20,000 nucleotides of DNA. Source: Reclinomonas americana ATCC 50394. Lineage: Eukaryota. Positions 1 through 11,700 of this stretch are shown in pieces. Every line of letters begins with the position of its first letter. Position 1 is the stretch's first letter. The notes beneath the pieces are model-generated. The model had not been told where the DNA came from, searched no databases, and saw nothing but the letters and a program-made list of their open reading frames with translations. A program made the position numbers and the translations under genes. The DNA lies in the NCBI GenBank assembly GCA_048213135.1, contig PS015181.1:58719-78718 (forward strand), read 5' to 3'.

Positions 1-2614
1 GCTGCCTCCATCGACGCCTCCATCCTGGGCGACTTTATCACTGTGCGCTCACTCAACAGCGTACTCCTGCAAAACACCGGCGGCAACCAGAACCTGAACA
101 GCGGCGGTTTCGTGTACATTGGCAGCACGTCGGCCACCAATGCCGGCACAGCGACGGTCACTGGCACCACGGCGGTGAGCGCGTCCGGCCAGACGGTGCA
201 GGTGACGCCCAGTACGCAGCTCGACGTGACGAGTTCGGCCACGGTCAACTTGCGTGGCGTGCAGCAGACCTCGTTGACGGCGCCGACTCTGTCGGCGACC
301 TCGACAGCCGCCGCCACGCAGACGGCGAACGAGCGCCTGACCATCAACGCCACGCAACCGCTTACGCTCACCGGCGGCACCGTGAGTGTCACCAGTGCGT
401 TCCCGTTCACCATCACGGCGTCGGCGACGGCCAACGTGCAGGCCTCGCGCGACATTCTGCTCTCGTCGGTCGCCGAAGTGCGCAGCATTGCGACCATTAC
501 GGCCAGCACCACTGGTGGTTCGGGCCAGGCGCTTCTCGCCGGCGGCAACGGACTGGTGGTCACCGCCGCCACCACGCTGCAGCTGGTGGGCGCACAGAGT
601 GCGGCGCTCACCGGTGAATCGGCGCTGGTGGTTTCTTCCACGGCCTCCACCGGAACCGTCACGCTGTCGGCGGCGGCCACCGGCACCGCCTCGTTCACGA
701 GCAAGTACATTACGCTCAGCGGCACATCCACGGCCACGGTGCTGTCCATGAGCGCCGGACGCAACCTCAGCACCAGCTCCACGTCGACGCTGGTGGAGTC
801 GAGCAATGTTGCTCTGATTCGCTCACAGACGGCGCGCTTGACCGTGTCGGCCGCCACCTCCAATGGCGATCTGTCGCTGACCGGCAACGGACACTTGCGC
901 TGCAGCTCCGCTCCTGTCACCAACTGCGCCTGTCCGACGCCGCTGGTGAGCGTGCAGGGTGCCACCGCCACCTTCCAGGCGTCGGGCATCGTCACGGCCA
1001 ATGCCACCACCTTGTTCCAGGTCGTGGCGCCCGCCGTCACCATCACCGCTCCGACCACCTTCCTGCTGTCGCCGGCCACCACTGCCGGCCTCTCGGCCAC
1101 CACCATCACCTCGACGGCGGCCAGCACGGCGTTGTTCGGCGCCACGAATACCGCCACTTTCAACGATGTTTCCTCTTCGGGGGCTGGCCTACTGTTCGCC
1201 ACGTCGCTCTGCACGGCCACCGTCAACGCCTTCAACATGACCAATCTCCTCAGTGTCGGCACCTCTGTGCTGCGCACCGTGCCCAGTGGATACACGGGCA
1301 CACCAGCGCGTCTGCTTGCCCTGCGTGGTGCCAATTCGAGCACCACTCCCGGCGGCGGCAGCATTGTTCTCGACGTCGGCAGCGGCACCACACAGAACGG
1401 CAACATGTTTGTCGGCACGCGCTCCAACTCGGTCATTCTCGGCAACACATCGTGCGTCTTCAGCACATCCTGCAATTGTTTTGGTCTGCTTGCTCCTCAC
1501 CTCACCGCCGTGTTTGCCTTTGTTTTTTGCAGTGCCACGGTCACCGCACGCGGCTCTTTTCGAGTGTACGGCGATCTGACGTTGTCGAGCACGTCGGCCA
1601 CCGATCTGTTCGTCACGCAGAACAATGCGGCGACCGCCACCCTCTACGACCTGACCATCGCAGGCCAACAAGTCACTGGCACCGGCAACGGCGGCGACGT
1701 GTACTTTGACGGCGGTGCCGGCAGCAGCAGTTGCGCCACCATGAATCCCCACCTCACATGCGTATCACTCACATTGCTCGTGCGCCAGGTCGCGGCACGG
1801 TATACGTCGGCACACTGACATCGCCCGTCACCATCTCCACCGGCACGAGAACGCTCTCGATCTACACTGCCAACTTGCAGCTGGGACAGGCCGATAGCGC
1901 GTTTACGCTCACGCGTGCGGCCGCCACCAACGCCACCCGCAGGGCATTGTTATTGTGGGCGGCACGAGCTCGGCGGTGACCATATCGTCCGGCACCGGCG
2001 GCACCGTGTTTGCGGCCAGCAGCGGCAATTTCGTGTTGCAAGGCGGCAACGGACCAGGCACGGGTGGCAGTGTCTATGTGCGCCACATCAACGTCACCAC
2101 CGGCACCTCCACCATCAGCCTCACAACCACCAGCAGCATTAGCATCGTCTCGGCCACCACCAACATCGGCAACAATCTGTCGATGCAAGTCGGCTTCCAG
2201 CCCGGTGCCGACGTCAGTGCACCACGCTTCCGCACGCTGATGGCTCGCTTCAGCCGCCTGTTCTTCCCCGACTCATTACCGCAGCAGGTGGCCCACAATA
2301 TGGGTGCCACGTTTTACCAGCGAGTCATTTCGGTGCAAGTTTCGTCTGGGGAATGACAGCGCACTTGTTTGTCTGCGTTGTTGTTGCTGCTACTCATCCT
2401 TCTGCTTGCTACATAGTGCACGCTGTACGGCGGCACCATTGAATCCAGCACCGAGTTGACAAACTTCTCGCCACCCTTCTCCGTTGGCGGCGGCTGGCTT
2501 GATGGCCTGCCGATTCTCACGGCCTCCGTCGACTCCACCTTCATCTCGGTGTGGTCCAAGGGGCTGGGAACGAACTTTATCGGCACCGCCTACATCACCA
2601 TCTTGTATATTTAG
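1..2614 (+). CDS. 3' part of a large Ser/Thr/Ala/Gly-rich beta-strand repeat (fibre-like) protein; 5' end lies outside the window
   Basis: Frame 1 is open from position 1. Inferred GT-AG introns at 1452-1532, 1730-1788 and 2339-2416 join ORFs 43..1818, 1731..1979 and 1955..2356 to a last exon 2417-2614 (CTLYGG...GTAYITILYI*). One unexplained frameshift remains near 1937. It shares the 'TIAGQ..GGDVYFDGG.G..G.VYVG' module with the downstream gene. Confidence 0.8.
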
Positions 2615-2719
2615 AGGAGAGAGGGGAGAAATGAGACTCGTCGCAATGCACGATGTCAACCAATCGACCAATCGTTCATCGTCCAACCGACGAGACCACC
2701 ACGAATCCAGACAGAAAAA

Positions 2720-5700
2720 ATGGCGTCGTCGCAGTCGTCGCCGTCGCTGTGTTGCGTCTTCTCTCTCCCACGCACACATACTCACACAGCTCTTTGTCAC
2801 ACGCAATCTCACTCTCCCTCGCGCACACGCGACTCTCACTCACATGTGTGTATTGTTCGCTGCGGCGCAGCTGCACAATCACCCGCAGTGATTGACTCGC
2901 GTCGAGTGTGGCGCCTCAAGCCACTGCCCGCGCCCTTCTCCTCACTAACAGGAGGACCAGGCGCCGCCCACGAGCATGACCACGACATCTTCATCTCTTC
3001 ATTATCATCTCATCCGCCGCATCCTCCACCACCACCACCTCCTCCATTGCCTCCCGCACAGGCCATGAGCATTGCCGCGCGCTTCTCACCCGCATGGCCT
3101 ACTGCTGTAGCCTTGACACCACCACAGCCAATGCTGCCGGGCGCAGTAAATTGGACACCGCTGATGCTGACGGGAGAGACTCGCTCGCCGGCGCCCGCCC
3201 TGCGTCGCACGTCGGTGGCGGGCGGTGCGCAGTCGACTGGAACGTCGCAGTCGGCGAGCGCCATGTCGCTGTCGAGTGAGTCATCCACGGGACGTCGGCT
3301 GCCGCGCAAGGTGGTTGTCGGCAACGAGGATGACTTTGAGGGCGAGGCGGAGGTGGCCGACGATGAACGCTCGTCTGTGTCCTCGTCAACAAGTGCGTCT
3401 GCCTCCTCGGTGCCGCCGATGCGTGGGGGCGGAATGCCGCGGCCCATGGATCCGGGTCAGCTGGACATGCCGCTCGATGCGCTGCCGCATGTCACCGACG
3501 TGGAGATGATGGATCCGCGCTTGACGCGCCTCCGGCAGCAGCAGTTGCTCGCAGCTCTGCTGGCCAACGCTCCTCCTGGCGCAGCGACAGAGGAGGCAGT
3601 CAAGCCGCGGCCTTCTTGGTGGCGCCGTCTGCTTCTGTCCATGGGCGTGCGCAGCGCGTACTGGCAGGATGTGATCTTGTCGACCACAGTCGTGGCGCAC
3701 GTGCTACTGATGTGGATCCTGTTTGGCATTGTCATGTTTCTCATCGCACGGTCGCCGACCTCGGTCACCACTCTCAATGTGGCCGGTTCGTGCTGATGCT
3801 TGCCTGTGTGTGTGCGCGCGTGCGCAGTACATGCAGCTCATTTTCTCGTTGCTTGGCAGGAGCGGCCACCACGACCACGCTAGTGGCCACCAACACTGTT
3901 AGTGCGCCGGCGGTGGTCGTGCAGTCGACTGTCGGCGACTCGCAATTAACATTGTCGTCGAGTCAAGCGGCGCGTCTGGTGTTTGCCGGCGGCGGAGCGA
4001 GTGCCAGCGCCGGGTTCACGCTCAAGTCCACCGATTCAGACACGTTGGAGTTCTCACGTGGCACAATATCTCTTCTCCAATTCACTCCGTCGGCTTCCGC
4101 ACGCAGCGCCCAAACAATGCCCTCGGCTCGTCGGCGAAGGTGCGAAACACGTTGTCATGTGCTTCTGGGCAACACTCACTCTGCTCACCCTTCCGCTTCT
4201 CTCGTCAGCCTTCTCCAACAATCGTCCACGGACACTACCGCATTCACCGCCAGGATAGGGACCAGCTCGCTGGAGATTGGCGACTCCACGCCGCAATCGT
4301 TGTTTAGTATCACGCGACTTGACGCTGTGGCCGGTAACGGCGGCACCACAATGCTTGCCGGGCAGAGTGCCAGGGTGTGTGTGTTTGTTTGAGTTCATGT
4401 CGAGCGGTGTCTCTTGGCACTCATGCACTCTTCTTCCGTTGTCGTTTATTATTGGGCAGGGGAGTGCCACGTACTCTGGCGGTGCGTTGCTGCTGGTCGC
4501 CGGCGATGGGTCACCCGGCGGCGACGCCACGATGCGAGCCGGCGATGGTCTGTAGCATTGTTCTGGTGTGAGATCTGGTTGCCATCTGTTGCTGATGCAC
4601 GGGCGCTCTCTCTTTCTTCCTGTTGGGGGTTGCAGGTGTGATTGCCGGCGGTCGCGGAGGCGGTAATGTGTATCTGCAGGCCGGTAACCCCACGTCCCCC
4701 AGCACTGCCGGTTTTGTGCAGGCTCATGGTCGCTTCTTCCAAGTGCGCCCGAGTGGCTCCAACAACGAAAGTCGCACGTCGGAACTGCAAATGGCAGTTC
4801 GCGCCGACGGCTCGGAGGCATTCTCTGTCAAGGCATCCGCGACGTCACTGGACATTAATAATCCGTCTGGTGGCCTCGTGTTCTCCTTTCCGGCCTCCAT
4901 TGACAATGGCTTCGAGTTCCTTTCGTCAGTCAGCGTGAACCGCCAGCTTCAGGTTTCCGCAGTCTCCGACAGTGCGGTCCTGTTGGCAAGCACCTCCTCG
5001 GCTGGTGGGTACCGAGTCAGTTAACTTTTTTGTCTCTCGCCGTCGTATTCCCTCTCTCACATGTCTATTTCTTCCTCACGCAGTGGCCGAGTCACGAATG
5101 GAGCTCCGTGCGGTCAGCGCGGTCGCCAAATTTGCATTGAGCAGCGCCACCGGTGTTGCGTCTCTTGTCAACACCAGCGGACCACTGACATTGTCCGCGG
5201 GCACCAGCAGCTCGGTGCAAGTGCTGTCACCGCTGCAAGTCAGCACCATCAATACGGCAACAGATGTGGACTTGATTCTGTCGCCGGCCACCAATCGCCT
5301 GAATGTGGGCTCCGACGGAGCGGACTTTTTGTTATCGCGGTCACCCGTCGTGGCCCTCAGCGACAATGGCAGTAGCCTCATTGTCCGTGGTCAAGATACG
5401 AACGCTGGCGCCGTGGGAGGCAGCCTGTTGCGTCTCGTCTCCTCTTTTCTCTGTCTTTTTTTTGAGTTCCACGTGCTCACATTGTAACGCAGGCGACTGG
5501 AGGGTGGCACTGGTCTGAGCACACGCGGAGCTGTGCGAATCGCCGTGGACACGCCTGGTCCGATCATTGTTGGCGACTCCAACGGCATGCTGCAAGTGCA
5601 AGCGCCCAGCACCTTTTCCAACACCGCCACGTTCATGCAAGTGGCCACGTTTGCGGCGGCTGTCGATACGGCCAGTGTCACCTCGGGTGGCGGCTCGGTG

Positions 5701-8700
5701 GCATTCGGCGCACTCTCACAGTCGGTGTTTACACTGACGCGGCCCAGTGCTACTGCGCCTGGAGCCAATGGAGTCGATTTCGCGTTGGTGGCAGGTCGCG
5801 GGAACGGTGGCGCGGCGGTCCACGGCCGCTTGTTGATTGGCACACGGAGCAGCACCAGTACGGTACGCAATGTTTTCCCGAATTCATGTCACACAGACAC
5901 GAGAAGCTAATATGCGTCGCTTTCGTCCCAGGTCATTGTGGACTCGGTCTCCACCACCACCATCGATTCGCAATCACAAGTCAACATTGCACCGACGGCT
6001 ACCTCCCTCAGTATCGGCAATGCTTCGCTCACCGCCACGATAGTCGGCAACGTGCGTTCTCACTGCGGCAGTTCGCACGCACACAAGTATTGCACACACT
6101 TACTGTGGCTGCGCAGTTGTTGACACCCAACGGCCTGACGACGGCGTTTGTGGATGCGCCTGCCGGCTCGACCAGTCTTCGGTTGCTGTCGAGCACCAGT
6201 GGGCGTTTTGAGTTTGGCGGCACCACCGGCACTGTCCTGCTCACGCGGCCGTCTGTCTCTGCCGCCGCCGCGACCGCGTTGACGATCGTTGGCCAGAGCA
6301 ACACGGGCGGGAGTGGCGGTGATTTGTTGCGTTCGCCCTCCCTTTGATCTGCATCCTCGTTTGCTCTCACCCTTTTGATGTAGGGTTCTCAACGGTGGCT
6401 CTGGGACCGGCACCTCCGGATCCGTGCATCTCGGCTCGAGCACCACTTCGCAAGTCGTTTTCGATGCGCTGGCAGTGGCGTCGACAGACCTGGTGGTGAA
6501 TGGAGAGGCTCGCTTCACCACACGGCTTCGCCTCTCGGGAACGGCGATGCAGTCTTCCGCTGCGGACTCGATTGAACTGGGTGATGTGACTACGGCACCC
6601 ACGCTGACAGTCACGCGACCGACGCCCACGGGCGTGAATCAGACCGGTGCCAGCATTCGCGTTGCTCCCTCGCCCGGCACAGGCGCCTTTGTGGCATCTG
6701 GCACTCTGTTCTTGGGCTCCTCCAACACGGGTACGGTGCGCATCGACGCAGCATCGGCGGCGATCGAAGCCACACAGGCGATTGCCATTGGTGTGCAAGG
6801 CACATCGGGTAACATCGCACTTGGACGCTCCGGCAGCACGGTCAATGTGGCTGCACAGGTGTGTGTGTGTGTGTCTCTCTCAATTCGAGTCCGTGGTGCT
6901 CCTCTCGTTTTTCGTTGCCTGATTGCTTTTCGACGCGCACTACAGATGGTCACCACTTCGTCGCTGACTGTGAACAGCGACGTTGTCGTGTCCACGGGCT
7001 CCGTGGCCACTCTGGGCGGCAGCCTTGCTTTGTCGCCTTCCAATAGCCGATTGGTGCTGGGCACGACCAGCAGCACTGTCGATTTTGTCGTGCAGAGACC
7101 GTCTGTGAGTGGGCGAGCGGCTGCGGATTTGTACATTTGGGGACAGGATCAGTCGAGCGTCGGCTTTGCGACGGGCTCTCTGTTGCGTTCATTTCTCCTT
7201 GTTCTCTCTTTCGCTTCGTGTTCGTACCAGCGTTGTTGATCTTGTGCATTGCCTGCAGCTATCTCGATGCTGGCAGTGGCGCCACCACCACGGGCGCCGT
7301 GCGCATCGGTTCCGCACGCGCGTCGGATGTCTATATTGGCAAGGCCACTAGCTCCACCGCCTGGCTTTTGTCGCCGACTGTGCGTGTGTCCAGCAATCTG
7401 CAGCTGGAAATAGGCGCCACACTGGTGACTGCCTCTGCCACTCTCCTCATTGGGGAGCCATCCAGCAACACCAGTCAAATTATCATTGCGCGCTCCGCAG
7501 CCACCGGCGTGGCGCCTGTCAACGGTGGCGACCTCCGATTGCAAGGCGGCAGCGGCGCTGGCGGTGGCGCCAACGGACGGCTGGTGCTTGGCGCAGCCAC
7601 TGTTGGCACTCCGGAGGTGCTTGCCACCGCGTCCGTGGTGCGACTCGCCGGCAGCACGCTGGTCGATGTGCAGACGTCGAGTGTGACGTTGGGAACGGCA
7701 TCGGCCACTGTCACAGTCGGCGGCCAACTCGTGGTCAACACTGGACTACAATTCAACGGAGCGGCGATACTGACCAACGGCGTGCAATCGCTGCCGGGAG
7801 TCGCCAACTCGCTCTCGTTGACGTCGTCGAGTGGCACGATTCTACTCGGAGACAACACCAATGCACTGACGCTGACCCGACCGCGCAATGTCGTGGGTGG
7901 AGGTCAGCCCCTGAACATTGTGGGTCAGCAGGGAGCCGGTGGTTCTGTCGGCGGCGATGTGTTGCGTTGGTCATCAATCACGTGCCATGAGCAAAAAGGC
8001 AGAGAGTTGTTGATGAGTGAGCGCGCGCGTGCAGATTAATCGACGGTGGCCCCGGTACACCGGTGGCCTCGGAAGGCGTTGTCCGCTTGGCAACTGCGAC
8101 CGGCAGTCAGGTTGGTTTTTTGTTGTCCTGCTCAAACGCTGTCGCGAGTTGCGGTGAATCACTGTTGCTTCGCGACCGTGTAGGTGGTCATTGGCCGTCA
8201 GGCGCTACCGAGTGGTGTCGTAATCGATGCGCCCTTGTTGTCGGTACTTGGCGACATTCGACTGGACGTCGGACGTGCTGTCCGTGTGCCTCTCTCAGGC
8301 AATCCGCTGTCGTCGCGCTTGAACTTTGGCGAGAAGGACACCTCTGCATTCATACTGCAGCGAGTATCGCCACCCAGTGGAACTAGCGTCGGGGCCTTTT
8401 GGGTACTCGGTGGAGCATCCACCGACAACGCCGCCGGTGGCGATGTGTACATTAGTGGCGGATCGAGTTTTGCTGGCAGCGGTGGTGCGGCGTACGTGCG
8501 GGGTGGTAATGATAGCTTCGGAATACCCACCGGGCCCGTGAACGTGGGCTTGGCGAGCACCTCGGCGCTGAATCTCCTTGGAGCGACAGCCAACCTCATT
8601 GGCGGCAGCACCGTCAGTATTCTCACCACCGCCGTTGGCGGAGCGGTGACCATTGGCAGTTCATCAAGTGCACTGACGATTGCCGGCACGGTGAGTGCGA

Positions 8701-11700
8701 GGGGCTGGACTTTGTCTATGTTTCCTGCTCACCGTTGCCATTTCGATTGTCGCAGACAACGGTGACAGCTACCTCGTCGTTCGTCGGCAGTGTGAGCATG
8801 GTGAATCTGCAAGTCACTGGATCGCTGTCGACATCAGCCCCTCTTAGCGCCGGCGCTGGTGTCGAGGCTCCGTTCATTGCCAATTCTTTCGGCACGCTCA
8901 CCGTGAAGAGTCTCAACAACCTCGTGGAGTTTGGCGTTGCTGGAAGCGATTTTGTTCTCTCGCGTCCTTTGGGCACGGCTGCCACCAACATGGTAATCGC
9001 CGGCCAGCAGTCGAGCACGGGCGTCGGCGGCAATGTGTTGCGTCTACACTGGCACGGACCGCACATGCCTACCACAGCATGATTTAACCGCGCACACTGC
9101 AGCGTTCTGGACGGCGGCGTAGGCATCGGATCCGATGGCACAGTGCGCATCGGGACTCAGCGAGGCGCAGTGGTCATAGGGAACGCCGGCTCAACGGTGA
9201 CCTTCAGCGCACCGACAGTGTCGACCACCGGCGCCGTGAATGTCGGCACGCTGTCGGTAAGTCGACGCCCATCATCGACATTTTTCCCATGCGCTGACCA
9301 TTGCATGCGTAGACCCAATCGACAGCTGTGCTCGGCGCTGCTCTCACACTCAGCACTGGCGAGTTGTTGGCGCCGAGCACGAATGGCCTGCTTCTCGGAC
9401 CAAGCACGCCGAGCTCTTCGTTTTTCATCAAGCGTCCGTCGGCGACTGGCGTCGGTGGCGATCTCAGTCTGGAGCCAGGAAGCGGCACGACCGGTCCCGG
9501 CACTCTGATCCTCGGTGCAGCCAGTCGTGCGAGCGCGAAAGTGAGAACCCTTTACTCATTGTGTGCGTGTGTGCAAAATGAGGGACTCACTTACTGCTTG
9601 CAGGTGTTGGCACAAGCGCAAGCGGTGGAGTTGGCTGCCGTGTCGTCGCTGCTTTTGCATTCGTCGGGCTCGCACATCAGCATCGTGGCCGACGGTGTGA
9701 ACCCTGCGTTTGAGGTGCAGCTGGCGGCTAGCGGGCGGCCAACTCGCGTAAAGGGCAATGTTAGTTGTCCGACAACGTCGTTTAGCTCGTTCGTTCATCG
9801 CCGTCGCGATTTGCTGACTTGATTTGCCTTGTGCTGCGGCAGTTGCTGGTGGATGAAGCGGCGGCATTCACCGCCGCGGTGACCGCCCCGTCTCTTACCT
9901 GCCCCACCCTTGCGTCGCCTGCCGGTGGAGCTCTGTCGCTTGCTCCCGCCAATGGCCAGGTGCGACGTACATTCATCGACTTTGTGTCGCCGGTAACTCT
10001 GTGTGCTAACTGAATCTTGGTAGCTGTCGTTGACGGCTGCTGCCGGCACTGCATTCACGCTGTCGCGTCCAGTGCAAGCTGCAAGTGCCGGCGACGTGAC
10101 GTACTTGACCGGCCAGGCGTCCACAGCACTCAACGGCGACGGTGGCGCTCTGTTGCGTCTGCGTGTGACATCTTTAGCGCACGTATGCGTCACTGATTCG
10201 CTCTTGTGCAATGAAGGTATCTGGATGGCGGCGCGTCAAGCAGTGGGGCGGCTGGCAGCTTGCTGATTGGAACCGTGAGCACCAATGATGTGCGTTACTC
10301 AGCAGGGTGTGTTATTGTCGGCACTTGGTTGCGTGGCATTGACCGTCTTCTCGCTGTGTCTCCAGGTGACCATTCACAAGAGTGGAGCCGGCTTTGGTAC
10401 CACCACGCTGGCCGCTGCGACAACCGTTGTCTCCGGTGGCTTGGTGACCAATGGAAGTTTGACGGTAATCTGCGAGTGCTTTTCACGCCGTAGTCACAGC
10501 TATTGTTGACTTGCACTTGTCGCTTCAGGTGGCGGGGTCGCTTGTGCTCACCGGACCGTTGCCGCTGGTGTCGAGCCTCGTTGCTCCTGCTCAGACGCTT
10601 ATCGTCGACACGAACCCCAGCGGCCAGGCGCTGCTTACCATTCGCACTCCTGATCGCGCCGGAAAGTTTTGTCTTCTCTCGCGATAGCATAATGACCGAG
10701 GCAACTCACGTGTCGTCTCTCCCTGCAGCACGGCCACAAGCTTGAAGATTGCACCAGGGCAGGGCAACTCTGCTTCCTTGCAGCTCGGCGAGACTGGCCG
10801 TATCACTGGAACGGTGTGTCTATCTGTGCAACCACCCATTCTGTCGCTTTGGCTGCCTGGCTGACCACGCACACGTACAGGTCACTGTCTTGGGTAGTGC
10901 GTTGGAGCTTTCCGGCGACACCGTCACTGTCAAGGGCACCACCATCTCCGTTGGCTCATCGGACCCGGCTCTCGCGTCACTGTCGATCTCTCGCGCAGGC
11001 ATTCTCACCTCCGTGCTCGGAGCTGTTGCGTCACCTGCTCCACCGTCATGTGCTCCTGCTTTTATCGCTTACCGTCAATGTTGGCCAGCTCAATGTCGCC
11101 GAAGACGTGACGATAGTCGGCAAGGCTACCGTGTCGCAGATTGTGTCTGCGGCCGCGACATCGCTTTCACTCGCCTCCAACAACGGCATTGTGTACGTGG
11201 ACAGTCTTGGTGTGAATCTGACGCTGACACGACCGCAAGTCAACGGATCGCCTTTTGATTTCACGGTGGCCGGACAAGATTCCACCGGATCTGTCACCGG
11301 CGGTCGTGTGTTTGTCGTTGGAGGCATGGGTACTTCGTCTGGCGGTGCCGTGTTCCTCGGAACGGCACCCACGTCGGCCACAACCGTCGGCCACACAGGT
11401 GGGACTCTGGCCTTGGTCGCCAGCACCATGACACTGTCGGCCACGTCTGTCACACTCCAGTCGCCCACGACTCTCGGCAGCTCCGACAACATCCTTCGTA
11501 TCGGTGCGCCGAATGCCATGCTCACTGTCCGCCATGCGTCTGCATTGGCGTCGACCGTACCGCCGCCAACACTTCGACTGGAGAGCGCAATACACGGCGC
11601 TGGCACGGGTACCGTGCTGTATGGCGACATTGAGGTGTCCACGGGAGCTGTCATTGGCCAGCGCGGTCGGGTGAGCGCTTGCTTTCTTGCTTGTCGCAGT

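Noticed and set aside
1915-1942. Possible 28-nt intron GTGCGG...CGCAG to explain the gene 1 frameshift
   Set aside because: Its removal does not restore the GIVIVGG frame, and it is far shorter than all other introns here.
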